The notes: a model not told the origin generated them from the letters alone. A DNA stretch of 64,000 nt from Octopus vulgaris (GCA_951406725.2 OX597814.1:115196001-115260000); one strand, 5' to 3'. Counted from the first letter of the stretch, positions 1-14,043 are shown. Translations and numbers: made by a program.

Positions 1-27
1 TATGTCTGTAAAGATTTATGTAAATAA

Positions 28-68
<41 letters not shown>

Positions 69-135
69 ACCTCGTGTGTACCGTTGGCGATTTTTTTCCT
101 CTGTCTTCCCTTCTCTGGATCTTTCCTTCTCCTCT

Positions 136-170
136 GTTTCCGACGAAGAGCTCCGCTCGAAGCGTTAAAC
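136..170 (+). ncRNA. Minimal type I hammerhead motif (variant core) in a ~200-bp element (about 66-265) flanked by (TA)n
   Basis: GTTT-CCGACGA-A-GAGC tcc GCTC-GAAG-CG-TT-AAAC: stem I GTTT/AAAC, stem II GAGC/GCTC; U4C and A15.1G changes. Confidence 0.65.
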
Positions 171-261
171 CCTCCTTCTTTCCTGAGCGTCCAATAATAC
201 TATATTTGTTCCACGTCCTCGCGTTGTTGAGTTTTTTGTGCTTTCTTGTTTGGATTAACTT

Positions 262-316
<55 letters not shown>

Positions 317-739
317 GAGATTAGGTACTTAAGTTCAACCACCATGTCAGTCCGGTATTATCCGCACAGCTCGAAGTAAGGTGAATAATTTTCATGTGTG
401 TGTGTGTGTGCGTGCGTGTATATATAAATTCAGGATTTGACCGTTATTTGAGCTTCCACTGAATTTCAGGAATCAGAGAATCCAAAGAGCTTGAAACTCT
501 GGTAGCACGCAAATTGTCGATTTATACAAACACAGCAACAAACTTTACATCCTACATTGGTTATTATTATGAACATCCCCAAAGAAAACTAAAATAAAAT
601 GTTACTGAGCGCCACCGGTTTATTGGAAGGAACGATAACTCTTCAGCTGATGTTTCTTGTGTACCATTGATGCTTAAATAGCTTTTGAAAAACTTAAATT
701 TCAATTAAATTTACTAATAAGGCAAATATTATCTTGTGA

Positions 740-960
740 GTTGTACTGATGACCACCCTGCTAGGGCTTTACTCTCATTTAACGCATCACTGCGGGCTGG
801 AAGAGGCCTCGTGGAAGGCCCAGTACCAGATGGCTAGTCGCTGTTTGGGAAGATCTCCAAAGGCTCGATGTCACCTTGGAGGATGCAGAAGGGCTGGAAT
901 GGTATTGCCAGCGATGGAGAGCACTGAATTTGGTCAGTTCTACACATGATGTCTCTGAAA
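740..960 (+). mobile_element. RTE-clade LINE 3' fragment
   Basis: Frame starting at 789 reads TAGWKRPRGRPSTRWLVAVWEDLQRLDVTLEDAEGL, the C-terminal R.RGRP..RW motif of RTE ORFs. Confidence 0.6.
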
Positions 961-2424
961 CCATTTACCGGTGATGAGTCCCAGCCACATCAAACAAGTG
1001 CAAAAAGCAGCAGTGTGTGTGTGTATGTGTGTATGTGCGCGCGTGTGCGCGCGCATGTGTGTGTGTGTGCGTGTGCGTGTACACGTGCGCACGTGTGTAT
1101 TCATAACTTAGTAAGTCGTTAAGTAGAATTCGGAAACAAATAACCAAATAAAAGTAGTGTTTTGGTTCGATACGGTTGACTAAATAACAGTGAAATCAGT
1201 GCTCAAGCGTAACCACAGTCCAGTAACTCAAACCACTTAAATAATAACAGACTATGTACTATTTCACCTGCGACGGACCGGCGTCCCGTCCAGTGGGGAA
1301 CCTATACGCTAAGAAAACTGGGAAACCGGCCCTTATGAGCCAGGCATGGCTCGAGAAGAAACAAACATGTACTATTTATACCAACTGTATCTACTTGGAA
1401 TAATTTAGTAGTAGTTCGAGTAGCTGTAAACTTAAAACACTAAAATATGTGTTCAACGTCTGAAATACATGACTTCAATTCAACAGTAAATTTGCTTTAA
1501 ACAAAAACGAGAACTAACATTAAACAGTCTTATTTATCGTAATCGAAATCTTTACCAACTCGAATGTTAGCAATGGCAGTATATGTTTCACAGCATTCTC
1601 ATCTCCAGCTCCCATCTTGACTTAAACTAAATTAAGATTGCTGGATGGGGATTGCGTTAGTGTTTAGTTATATGAGTGAAAATGTATTATGTTTATATAA
1701 ACATTGATGTGTATCGAGCGATGTAAAATAATGACAGCGCACTAAGATATATTGAAAAGTAACCTTGAATGTAAGGCTTTATCAGATTCTACCGGGTAGA
1801 GTCGTAGATACATAAAACAAACAAATCAAATCTTGTTTACATTCATAAAGTGTATTCAAATATGGAGTAGACATTCAAAAGAACTTCAACAAAAACAAAA
1901 GAGAATAAGACTTGTTAGGCTCCTTGATTAATAATGTAAGGTTTCGGTTCTTGCCCAAGCTAAATCGTATGTAATCTCTCCCCTTCTGCTTTTTTTCTCT
2001 TATATGTTGACGTTGTATGATATTTTTGGTAAATATAATTGAGAAACTGTTTCGTTCTTACTGAGGAGTATAAGTATATTTATGTTCGTTTATTATTTAT
2101 TTCTTTGGAAGCTTAAATTTCGTATCACAATATATGAACGGAGAAGACAGCAAAAAGAGAAGGAAAAAAACGGAAACATGTTTCTAATATTTTAAGAATA
2201 AGACACACAAAACAAAATGTTATTAATTCTTTTTATATGAGCCTCTGCCATCAAAGGGGAAAAGATATTGTTGTATCTGCCAATATGTTTCAAATCAATG
2301 TCTACGAAAAATAGAAAAAGTTATGAACATCCAAAATCACATTTACTGTCTATCATATATCCGATGTACTTAACTAAGAAATACATATAGTTCCAACCCA
2401 GTCATTACCGTCAGTATAAAAAGG

Positions 2425-2458
<34 letters not shown>

Positions 2459-2989
2459 CATGCAACGAAAACTTGAATTAGTCCAACTTAACATGTAACC
2501 AACAGAGATCAATGTTCTGTTCTCTAAAGATTTACTTAATGTTTGTATCGATATTCTAATATTCTATGTTAGACTTTCGTACACATATTTTGTATATAAA
2601 CTTTGCCATACTTCTTTATGTTTAACGATCAATCTTTGAAATGCTTAATAAAAAAAAAACTAAGCTTATAACCAATGCATTCTCATTAATATCTGCAATA
2701 TAGTTGTAATTTAAAAGTTTAAAAGAAAAATTGAATTAAATCTTAGTATAATCGATTCTAAGAATCAATAAGTAGTGCGAGTTGAGGGTATATTCTAAAG
2801 GTAAAATTTGCATTTATTATTTAAATAATATGGAGTAAATATTAATTTCGTTTCGACCTTCTTTAGTGTCTGTGTCACTGGATTGTCGTTTAAAAAATTG
2901 TTCTTTTTAAGTAGACAAACTATAATCAATTATTTCTCTTGCATAGTGTTTCGATTAGGGAGCAAATATTTAAAAAAAAGTGGGAGTAG

Positions 2990-3200
2990 ATTGGTAGCAC
3001 AATTAGAAAAGACACCAAATGTGGCGAAAAGTGCTTTACAGTGGAAACCGGATGGATATAGAAGGAGAGGTAGGCCTAAGAACTCGTGGCGTAGATCAAC
3101 ACAAAAGGAACTAGAGAAAGGGGGACATTCATGGCAGAAGCGAAAAATTATGCGACATGGAATTCAACTATAAGTGACCTATACTCCGCGTTGGAGTGTT
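2990..3200 (+). mobile_element. RTE-clade LINE 3' fragment
   Basis: ORF 2883-3173 ends with ALQWKPDGYRRRGRPKNSWRRSTQKEL. Confidence 0.7.
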
Positions 3201-3609
3201 TTTGCTTTTATTTTCTTTCCATGCAGCTCAGTTTGTAAATGGGAAGAGCCAATATACATAAATAAAGTGCTGAACAATGTGTATGCGTTTGTCAATGTAA
3301 AAGACTACTGAAATTTTAAATACCAACTGGATATCAGTTCAAAATTGTTTCCCCGATATCTTTTTAGCATTTGTTAAGAATGCAATTACGATTAATAAAA
3401 AATCTTTAGTTTTCCTTTGCCTTTGCCCAGTGTGAGAATCGTATAAAAAATTTAACACTTTGTGTATTGTAGAAGTGTAACTAATTTATTGTACATAAAT
3501 TTTAACAAAATCTTGTGGGCCCCCAGCAGAGCCATATGGATCCTGGTTGAGAACCACTGTCTTATACTCTGTTCAGTTAGTTTTAAGTGACACACAACGT
3601 TCAATCTTC

Positions 3610-3665
<56 letters not shown>

Positions 3666-4183
3666 TTGCGTGTGTGTCTGTGATATGGTTAGCAGTTTGA
3701 GCGCTTGTAAAGTTCACTTCTTTATCACGAGGATCTGCTTTCAATCCTTGTGCGCGGCATTTTGAGGATATGCCTTTTGCTATAGTTTTGGGTAATCCCA
3801 AGAATTGTGACTGAAAGTGGAACGGATACTGTGAAGTTAACCTTAAAATGAACTGTACCAAATTATTGAAAAGACCATCCTTGTCACTTCCAGTTTCACA
3901 CAACTTATTCCACGTGTAAATATGTCTAATTTCTGAATTTCTCTCACATCGCGAATAATTATACACGCATCAAGTGATCATATTACTAATGATATATTAC
4001 TAATGATTGTTATTGATATGTTTGAAAGTTCAATAATCATCACTTTTCCTCTATCACACATTAAACGAACATGACACGAATTGAGATATTTCTGACGTCA
4101 TTTATGATTTTTATTCCAGTAAAAGTATATTCAGAACTTGTACATTGTTTCTGAAAATCAGGAATATATCTGCAATATATATT

Positions 4184-4763
4184 GATTTCAAATTTTGGCA
4201 CAAGGCCAGAAAGTTTGGGAATCGGGCTAAGTTGATTACAGCGACTCCAGTGCTGTGCTGGTACTTTGATGTCATTTGACAGTTCTAATCTATATTTTAC
4301 TACGGTCCGTTTAGAACTATTTTTTGCATACTGTAGGTATTACGGTAAATTAAATTGTAGTAGCTTCAGCTTAGCAGGATTAAACGCTCTATTTTGTTTG
4401 GGAATGCAGTATAGAATATTGTGAATATTCTATGAATTGTGAATATTGCGCCTTTTCTAAAGCAAGAAATTGTGAAATGCACACACACACACACACATGC
4501 ATACATATATCATCAGAAGAATTCTATCACTTCTTAACAACAGTTATAGTGTTGGTTTCAAATTTTGGCACAGTGACAAGATCGGTGGGAAGGATTTAGT
4601 TAATTGCATCGACCTCAGTTCTCTACTGGTACTTATTTCATCGACCCCGGAAGGATGACAGGTAAAGTGGACCTCGGCGGAATTTGAGCTCAGAGCTTAA
4701 GGACGGACGAAGAACCGCTAAGCATTTTGCCCGGCCTACTAACGATTCTACCAGCTCGCCGCC
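4184..4763 (-). mobile_element. SINE family 1 insertion with 20-bp target site duplication
   Basis: ATATATCTGCAATATATATT occurs at 4164-4183 and 4764-4783. A full copy at about 4550-4763 has head GGCGGCGAGCTGGTAGAATCGTTAG and B-box GAGCTCAAATTCC; an extra tail fragment lies at 4184-4270. Other family 1 copies: about 6870, 8110, 30520, 35805, 37822, 39903(-), 44350, 55771, 56012, 63945. Confidence 0.8.
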
Positions 4764-4835
4764 ATATATCTGCAATATATATTAGCAACAAAAGTCTCTG
4801 GTACGTCAACCCATTTCATAATATTTTTCGAAAGG

Positions 4836-5235
4836 CATGCGTATGTGGTTAAGAAGCTCACTTTGCAACCACGTGGTTTCGGGTTCAATCCCACTGCATG
4901 GTGCTTTCGGTAAGTGTCTTCTATTATAGCCTCGTGCCGACCAACGCCTTGTGAGTGGATCTGCGTAAGTTTGTGGAAGTCCGTCGCATATGTGTGTGTG
5001 TGCGTGTGTGTTTGTATTCGTGTCAGCGCACGCGCATATCTGTGTGCATGACATCCCCCACCAAGGCTTGATAACCGGTATTGGTTTGTTTTCATCCACG
5101 TAACTTAGTGGTTTTTCAATATATGTACCATACTTTAAAAAAGTAAGTACTAGGGTTGATTTGCTCGACTAAGTCCTTCATGGTGGTGCCCCAGCATGGG
5201 CGCAGTTCAATGACTATAACAAGTACAAGATAAAA
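4836..5235 (+). mobile_element. tRNA-derived SINE family 2 (CORE-like centre, CR1/L2-like tail)
   Basis: A-box-like TGTGGTTAAG, B-box GGTTCAATCCC, tail GGTGCCCCAGCATGG shared with the LINE 3' end at 50941-50965. Other copies on the minus strand at about 32190-32545, 32650-32875, 38390-38550 and 54740-55160. Confidence 0.75.
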
Positions 5236-7174
5236 TAAAATTATTCTTGGTTGTTTATTTTGATGGTTGAGTTTAACAATGTTTGCCTATCCTTGATACG
5301 GGTATTATTTTATTTTACTATCTTCTGTCTGATTAATTAAATGCATTATTGAAATTTTTTGTGCTCGTCATTGCAAAAATGTAATTCTGTCAAAATAAAA
5401 ACAATTTAATTTAAATGATTCGTTTGTATAAATATAAAACAATATGAAACAAAGCATTTCATTTTGACAGATTTTTTTTTTAATTTAGAAAACATTCAGC
5501 TAAGAAAATAATACATTATTATCAAGCATTTACTGATAATGAAAACAGGAAAGCTATTGTGTCCGACCAATTAATTAAAAATTCTTTAATTACATGGTTA
5601 ATGATTTGCTACTTTTCTAAGGACTTGAACAATATTATGTTGGAAGTAGGTGGAGGTATTTTCTTGTAGACTAGACACAGATAAGTTTGCACATTTCAAT
5701 TACTGCGTAAATATATTGATATATTTCGAGTTCTATGAATAATTAATAAATTATTCGCTTAAATAATAATTGGCGTATTACACCGTTAACACATGAAAAC
5801 ATTTCATTCTGGAGACTTCGAATATGATTTTAAATAAAAATTGAAAACGTAAAAAATAATTAACATTATAACTGGTCGCTTAAACAATTAAAATTTTGGC
5901 AATTCTTCTGGATTATGAATACAGTAAAACATACTCAGCATTACAAATGGTTTCTTAATTAAAACTGAGGTCATTTTTTTGGATTATGAATACGTTAAAA
6001 CTTAGTTAACAAGTATGTTAACCAATAGAAATTGAAACAATTCTTCTGGATCATAATTTTGCTGCAACTATCTTTATCAATAAATATTTGTTTCAGCTTC
6101 TTGAACAAAACTTTTCTTGGAATATTTTGATTTCGAAGCACCCAATGAATATCCAGATGAATATGTGTAAATGAAATTATAATTTCTTTGTAGAGCACAG
6201 ACCATATACAATAAATATAATAGTTTAGCCGTCACTTGCAAGCGAGAATGGCCAAATAGCTTGAACCATGCTTTTCGCTAATTTTGGTGTTGTGTCTATG
6301 CAGTCACGATCAGACATGGGCACTCTCTCGTCTCTTTCACTTTTAACACTGTGGACGTGACTTCTGAAAGGGGTAAGAGTACACCAGCAATTAGGCTGGA
6401 ACTTATTTTCAGCTGGGTAAACAAGAACAACGTGAAATGAAGTGCTTTGCTCAAAGACAACGCATCGCTCTGTCCAAAAATCGAATCTACTAACTTGTAA
6501 TTATGAACCCAATATCCTAACGCTTGAATTAGCGCCTACGCGAATAGGGAAATATAGTTGAGTTCTTCTTTGTAGTTTTATGTCAGTCTGAGAACAAATA
6601 AAATATCGATTTCTAAAATGGCATAAAGCTACCAAACAATCAATTAAATTCATCCTTGGACATCACTATTGCTCATCCTACTGAGTTCAGACTAAATAGA
6701 AGCTAAAGTCAAGACCGAATCCCAAGGCATTGTGCACAACGAACGTTTACGAATCTATCAATCTGTGAAACTAATACAATAATTACTAACTTCGAAATGA
6801 CTGAAGTAAAGTGAATTGTAATAATTTTATGAACCTGGGCACAGAACTTTTCTTAATTTGATTTGCTGAAGGCGACAAGCAGGCAGAATCGTTAGCGCGC
6901 TGAATAGAATGCTTAGCGACATTTCTTCTTGTTCTTTACATTCTAAGTTCAAATCCCGTCGGGGACAACTTTGTCTTTAATCCTTTTGAGGTCGATAAAA
7001 TAAGCACCGATCTAGTAATGGTGTTGATGTAACCGTCTAACGCCCTTCCGCTAAAAGTGCTGACCTTGTGCTAAAATTCAAAATATTTCTTTTTTTTGCT
7101 GGAATTTTTTTTGGCCAGAGAAGAGCAATCACCAGTATTTAATATTCTTCTTTGTTTTGTTTTATTTTTTGCAG

Positions 7175-7666
7175 GTGGTTGAACTACTTCTTGATAGATG
7201 CAACTCCACAACTATCCATGAAGCACTCTTGCAAGCTATTAGTGCTGGTCACGAAAATATAGCTGAAACCATTCTGAAACATCCCAAATATAAAGACATC
7301 AAAAGAGAAAATAAACGTTTTGGAGAAACAGACTACTTCTATAACCAGACAAGCGAAGATTCACCATTTTCCTCCGATATCACACCGCTTATTTTAGCAG
7401 CAGAACGTAACCAGTTTGAAATAGTTCAACTATTGTTATTAAGAGGTGACACTATTCAGAAACCGCATCACTATTACTGCGCATGTCAGGAATGTAATAA
7501 CAAGTTGCAGTTCGACCAATTGAGACTTGCCAAAACAAGGCTCAATGCATACCGGGGTTTAGCAAGCGGTGCATACATATCCTTATCAAGTAAGGATCCG
7601 GTTCTCACTGCATTTGAACTCGCTCAAGAATTAAGAGATGTAGCACGGGTCGAGAAATATTTCAAG
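7175..7666 (+). CDS. TRPC: TRPC-family (canonical TRP) cation channel, internal exon A: ankyrin repeats and TRP_2 Cys/His domain
   Basis: Acceptor ttttgcag|GTG, donor AAG|gtaaat, 492 nt, phase 0/0. Translation includes DITPLILAAERNQFEIVQLLL, KPHHYYCACQEC and RLNAYRGLAS..YISLSSKDPVLTAFEL..EL, typical TRPC N-terminal motifs. The symbol is family-level only; upstream exons lie outside the window or were not found. Confidence 0.96.
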
Positions 7667-7718
7667 GTAAATTATATATTATATTGCATTATTCAGTTCT
7701 ATATTTAAGAGACGAGGA

Positions 7719-7871
7719 ATTATGTACATTAAATTGACGGATATTTGTCCTCATCTTGTTTATTGTTAACACAACTTTTCGGCTGATATACCCTCCAGCC
7801 TTCATCAGGTGTCTTGGGGAAATTTTGAACATGGGTTCTCATTCCCAAGGTATTTTTCGATCTTGGTGTTG

Positions 7872-7919
<48 letters not shown>

Positions 7920-8070
7920 TCACTGCCTGGAGTCGAACTCGGAATCTTGGGGTTAGTATCCCGCGCTCTTAACCACTACACCATATGCCCGTGGGCATAT
8001 GGCATACGTTGTGTTAACAACAAACAAGTTGAAGACAAATATCCGTCAATTGTAAATAATGTAAATAATG
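7719..8070 (-). mobile_element. tRNA-headed, hammerhead-tailed SINE-like element as a head-to-head inverted dimer
   Basis: Minus strand: tRNA-like head 7990-7921 (A-box TGGTGTAGTGG, B-box GAGTTCGACTCC), (AAT)n linker, HHR 7812-7769. Central palindrome CCATATGCCC-gt-GGGCATATGG at 7981-8002. Outer arms about 7733-7776 and 8006-8051 are inverted repeats. Confidence 0.8.
7769..7812 (-). ncRNA. Minimal type I hammerhead ribozyme motif
   Basis: Minus strand ACAC-CTGATGA-A-GGCTG gagggtatat CAGCC-GAAA-AG-TT-GTGT: 4-bp stem I, 5-bp stem II, intact CUGAUGA and GAAA. The sister arm at 8006 reads ACGTTGTGT, implying an ancestral palindromic stem III (GAAACGTT). Confidence 0.85.
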
Positions 8071-8479
8071 TTTATTGTATTATTGTTTATTATTGTTGTA
8101 TTTGTTGATGAAGCGGCGACCTGATATAGTCGTTAGTGAACCGAACAAAATGCTTAATGGTATTTCTTCCGGCCCTTTACACCATAACTTCAAATTCTGC
8201 CGGGATCGATTTCACCTTTTATCCTTTTGGGGTTAATAAAATAGGTACCAGTTGAACACTGGGGTCGATGTAATCGATTTAATGACTCCTTCAAAAATTG
8301 CTGGCTTGGTGGCAAAATTTTAAACCATTATTTTGTTGTTGTTGACTAGTTTCAGGTTAAACATGACAAACAAGACATATGAACAACGAGACAGCATCTT
8401 CCGCTTTTTTAGGGTTTTACCTATCCAAGACAGCTTTAGCAAGACTTTTGGATATTTCATATTCAAACACTAAACAGTA

Positions 8480-8700
8480 TCCGTGGTCATTACATATCCA
8501 AAACTATAGATAATATTCTTGATCATTATAAACAATATCGTTGGATATTACATATGCCAGACTATCAATAATATCTGAACATTACAAACAATATTGTTGG
8601 ATCTTACATATCCAAAACTATAGATATCTTCGAACATTACAAACAATATCGTTGGATATTACATATGCCAGACTACGTTAATATACTTAAGCATAATATA
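8480..8700. repeat. Minisatellite, ~55-bp unit, about 4 copies, alternating A/B variants
   Basis: Recurrent TTACATATCCAAAACTATAGA and TTACATATGCCAGACTA variants, each followed by CATTACAAACAATATCGTTGGAT. Confidence 0.8.
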
Positions 8701-9157
8701 TCTAAGCCTGCATCAGCGAAGCTTCCCTTGTCTCTTCAAAACAGTAGGGCGTGATTTAAGAGAGATTTATCAGCGTCTGCTAACAAGTCGAGCAATAAAC
8801 AGGGGCACCGGTTTTGGTTTATAGCTGTATACCATGCGGGTGATATTTCGTAAGAGCCGTTTGATTTAGTAAACATTTCTGATAAAAGTGTGCTAAGTTA
8901 ACCATATACTATAGAAAAGCTTAACTTAGACTCTTTTAAAACGTGACCTGCCTAGCAAAGCTGCGGAAGGTTGATGAGTTCGACTTAAGTGTACTCGGCA
9001 AGAGGCAAGTATTGTTCATGAACGCTATAGAATTGTATCCCGAATGGAATTTTAGACACTTTTACAAGTTCTCTCTGTTTACTTCTCTCTCTCCCTCTCT
9101 CTCCATGTAGGTATGAGTGTATTTATATGTGTGGGGTGTTGCTTTAGTTTACACACT

Positions 9158-9210
<53 letters not shown>

Positions 9211-9324
9211 TCACATATATGTTTGTGTATATATATATATATATATGTGCGTGTGTCTGTGTATAGGAAAATATGTAACACGCACACAATTTTTTTTACA
9301 TATATATATTTTCACATATATGTT

Positions 9325-9355
<31 letters not shown>

Positions 9356-9413
9356 GTGCGTGTGTCTGTGTATAGGAAAATATGTAACACGCACTCAATT
9401 TTTTTTACATATA

Positions 9414-9445
<32 letters not shown>

Positions 9446-9978
9446 TATATATATACACACAGACACATATACATTTGCTATGAGTGAAATAAACCTTTTC
9501 CCTCTTCATTCTATTTCCTCAATTTATATATAGATTATATATATATAAAAAAAAGATTTCTTTAAAATGATAAACGGATAAATCAAATTTTCTTTACGAT
9601 AATCGTATTTGATTTCGTCGCTATCAGACTGTGGCACACTTCTTTATTCTCTCAAACTGCAAATAAAATAATTATATCAAATATAGAACTCCTTCATAAA
9701 AGTATCCATTCAAATAATAGCATGCGCTATATATGCTTGTGTGAGAAAATGTGTATGTCTGAGTGTATATTTATATATGTGTGTGTGTGTGGAGAGTGAG
9801 AGAGAGAAAGAGAACATCTGAAGTGAAAAATATAGGGTGATATCTTTAAACTATATAAACGTGACCTCTGCATGACAGATCACAAAATCGCTAGAGGTCT
9901 GAAGTTGATGGGTGTGTGTGTACGTGTGCGCGTGGATGTTTCTGTGTTTGTATATGTATGCATGAATGTGTGCCTATA

Positions 9979-10057
<79 letters not shown>

Positions 10058-10705
10058 GGGAGAGAGCTAGACAAACAGATAGATACATATTTGCATATAT
10101 TATATATATATATATACATATACGTATATACATACATATATATAAATATATGTATATACATATGCACACATATATACAAACACATATATATACATATATA
10201 TATATATATATAAATATATATATACGTGTATATATACATATATTTTATATATACATGTATATATTATATACATACACATTTACATATATATATATATATG
10301 CATATGTATTATATATATATATGCATATATATATTATATATATACATACATATTATGTATATACATACATACACATACATATTATGTATATACATACACA
10401 TATACATACATACACATACATATATATACATATATGCATACATATATATTGATATATATTATATACATACACATATGCATATTATATATATACATACATA
10501 TATACATACATATACATACATATATATACATATATATACATATATATATATACATACATATATACATATACACATATATACATACATACATATACACATA
10601 TATACATATATAAAGGGAAAGTTTACGAAAGTAAACAAATGACGAAGGCAAGTGGAGTACAAACAAACAAATGTATTAGTATAGCGCTCAGGAATAGAAA
10701 AAGTA

Positions 10706-10739
10706 TTTTACGTTTCGAGCCAACGCTCTTCGACAGAAA
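10706..10739 (-). ncRNA. Minimal type I hammerhead motif (A6U variant) in an element spanning about 10612-11440
   Basis: Minus strand TTT-CTGTCGA-A-GAGC gttg GCTC-GAAA-CG-TA-AAA. Homologous to 43425-43605, 66-265 and 35590-35790. Confidence 0.7.
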
Positions 10740-11549
10740 GATACACAGAAAAAACAAGGAGAGAAACAAGGAAAGAAAAAAATGCGTGTAGGAGCTAACA
10801 ATCTATCATGGCGTCCTGACTTCGGACAGTTGTCAAACGCGAGAGGGACAGTAGGGGGAATAACAGGGTCAAGTGACTTCCAATTAGAAGGTACCCCCAA
10901 AACAAAGGTGCGTGTGTGAGTAAGAGAGTATGTGTGTGCGTGTGAAAGAGGGCTGGTGGTCTGGATGTGTGTGATTATGTATGCGTGGGTGTGGAGATGT
11001 GGGGATGGGTGTGTGGGTGGTATATTGTGATGATATATGTGTATGTATGTGTAGGTGTAAAGATCTGGTGATGTAATGTGTAATGTTGTATGGTGTAGTG
11101 TAGTGTGGTATGATGTTGTGGGGGAGATGGGGGCGAGAGTGGGGAAAGCACAGGTGGGGTGTGGGTTCGGCAGGGGGGTGGGATAGAGTGGGGGTTGTGG
11201 GTAAGTAGAGGGTGAGGTTAGAGATGAGGTATGTGGGAGAGGGGTATGAGATATGGGTGAGGTGTGTAGAGATGGGTGGGGGAGAGTGGGGGAGGGGTGG
11301 GAAGGATAGGGAAGGTGGAGTAGGGGTGGGTGGGTTTATGGGGAGGGGAAGGTGGGTATATGAGGTGAGAGAGGAGGAGAGAAGAGAGGGGGACGGGGAA
11401 TGGGGGAGATAGGGGGAGAGAAGAGAGGGGAGGGGGAATACATATATATACATACATACACATATATATATATATACATACATACATATATATATATATA
11501 CATACATACATATATATATATAGACATACATACATATATATATATAGAC

Positions 11550-11588
<39 letters not shown>

Positions 11589-11941
11589 CTTATATATACA
11601 TACACATATATACATACATACTTATATATACATACACATATATATATATAGACATACACACACATATATATAGACATAAACATATATATACATACATACT
11701 TATATATACATACACATATATATATAAAGACATACACACATATATATATAGACATAAACATATATATACATACATACACATATATATACATACATACATA
11801 TACATACATATACATATATATATATATATACATACACACATACACATACATACATATATATATACACACACACATATATATACACACACACATATATATA
11901 CACACACATATATATACACACATATATATACATATATATAT

Positions 11942-12027
<86 letters not shown>

Positions 12028-12033
<6 letters not shown>

Positions 12034-13708
12034 CTCACAGAAACGCATCTTGAACCCGATATAGGTGATGCAGAAATACACATGCCGCAATATGCAGTCA
12101 TACGCACAGATAGAAAAGGGAGGAGCCATGGTGGAGTTGCAATGTACACCCGAGATGACCTCACGCCCCAGGTCCTGTTGTCATATTCAAACTCAGTGTG
12201 TGAAACTCAAATTGTACACATAAGACAACTGAATATCGTCATATGCACTACATATCGCCCACCAGATGCCCCAAATCACTCAGGCATGTTTGACGACTGC
12301 CTAACAAAAATAGGAGAAGTCCTCACCAACCTTGAACAACACAACAGTGTATTCTTCATGGGTGACTTTAACCTCCCCAATGTGGTATGGCCTGGGGGGG
12401 GGGGCAGATGCTCCCAGGGATAACACACCATCAGCAGGCACAGGCAGAGTCCCTGCTCCATCTCACAAATGCCTCTTTCATGGAGCAAATAGTTCTGCAA
12501 CCAACAAGGGCAGCTAATATACTGGATCTCTGCTTCACAAACAATATGGATATTATCCATAATGTTAATGTGATGCCGACAAAGATCTCGGATCACAACA
12601 TAATAGAGCTGTCTATGTATGGAACAAAAGCCCCCGTAGACACACAGCCTATACGAAGCATCCACCTTCTCTCCAACTTAAACTTTCATAAAGCAAGCTG
12701 GAAGTTGATTGAGAAAGAGATCCTCAAACAGGATTGGCCTAAATGTCTCTCCACACCGGACATAAACATGAAACACAAACACTTCATGTCCATAATACAA
12801 GCCATATGTGACAAATATGTCCCAGTGTGCAGGGCCAGCACATACAAAAACAAAAACAGGATCCCTAGAGAAAGGAAAATTCTTATGAGACGACGGACAA
12901 GGATTGCTAACCGCCTGAGCAAGCACACCAAAAGTGGTAAGAAGTCTCGGCTCGAGAGAATGCTAATGGAAACTGAGAAAAGTCTGCATCAGTCCCATGA
13001 AAAGGAGAGAGCAGATAAAGAAGCTTGGGTAATAGAAAATATAAAATCAAACCCTAAAGCTTTCTTTAAGTTTGCCAAAGAGACAGCCACAGTGCACCAG
13101 AGAATAGGACCTCTCTTCCAAAAGATGGCTCTCTCACAGGAAATCCCACGAGGATAAGTGAAATACTGAACGAACAATTCCAAAGTGTGTTCACTACACC
13201 TTTAGGACACAGGCAAGTAAACAACCCAGAAGAATTCTTTGCCACTTTACCTGCGGCCAAAGAGGCAAAAATTGAGTACATCAACATCGAAGATGATGAT
13301 ATCACACTAGCCATAGATGAGATTGACACAAACTCAGCTGCTGGACCTGATGGATTCCCAGCGATCCTTCTCAAATCGTGCAAACGAGCCCTTGCAAAAC
13401 CGCTACAGCTTCTTTTTCAGAGCTTTCTTGTAAGTGGTAAGCTCCCAGTCAAATTGAAAGAGGGGGCAATATGCCCTATCCATACGGGAGGTAGCAGAGC
13501 AGATGCTAAAAATTATAGGCCTATCTCTCTGACCTCACACATCAGCTAAGTCATGGAACGAATAGTCCATAAGAAACTAATCATGTTCCTTTAAGAAAAT
13601 GACTTGCTGTTTGACACCCAGCATGGATTTCGACCAGGTAGAAGCTGCCTAACACAGCTCCTGCAACAGTCATAGGTGTTGAAACAGCTACTGAATGGCT
13701 CAAATGTG
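12028..13708 (+). mobile_element. CR1/L2-group LINE copy B, 5' part (AP endonuclease to start of RT), frameshifted
   Basis: ALTETHL, YRPP, GDFNLP, LDLCFT, SDH endonuclease motifs, plus GPDG and NYRPISLTS. Highly similar to 48072-49732. Confidence 0.93.
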
Positions 13709-13760
13709 TATATATGTATGTATATATATATGTATGTATGTATATATATATGTATGTATG

Positions 13761-13791
<31 letters not shown>

Positions 13792-13856
13792 ATATATACA
13801 TATGTATGTATATATATACATATGTATGTATATATATACATATGTATGTATGTATG

Positions 13857-13921
<65 letters not shown>

Positions 13922-13962
13922 GTATGTATTTATATATATATATATATATATACATATGTATG

Positions 13963-13993
<31 letters not shown>

Positions 13994-14012
13994 ATATATA
14001 TACATATGTATG

Positions 14013-14043
<31 letters not shown>

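Noticed and set aside
3545-3559. hAT-like terminus GGTTGAGAACCACTG
   Set aside because: No matching left TIR or TSD found, so no element could be delimited.
7921-7990. Possible tRNA gene (also the SINE heads at 18700-18770, 31826-31895, 39595-39667)
   Set aside because: A and B boxes are present but there is no convincing acceptor stem, and each continues into repeat body sequence; treated as SINE heads.
8480-8700. Regularly spaced repeats resembling a CRISPR array
   Set aside because: The intervening sequences are themselves repeated, there are no cas genes, and the context is a eukaryotic intron: a minisatellite.
10884-11440. Pro/His/Thr-rich ORF and G-rich strand (similar purine-rich tract at 61830-62330)
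   Set aside because: Low-complexity strand-biased sequence within or near repeats; no splice or domain support.
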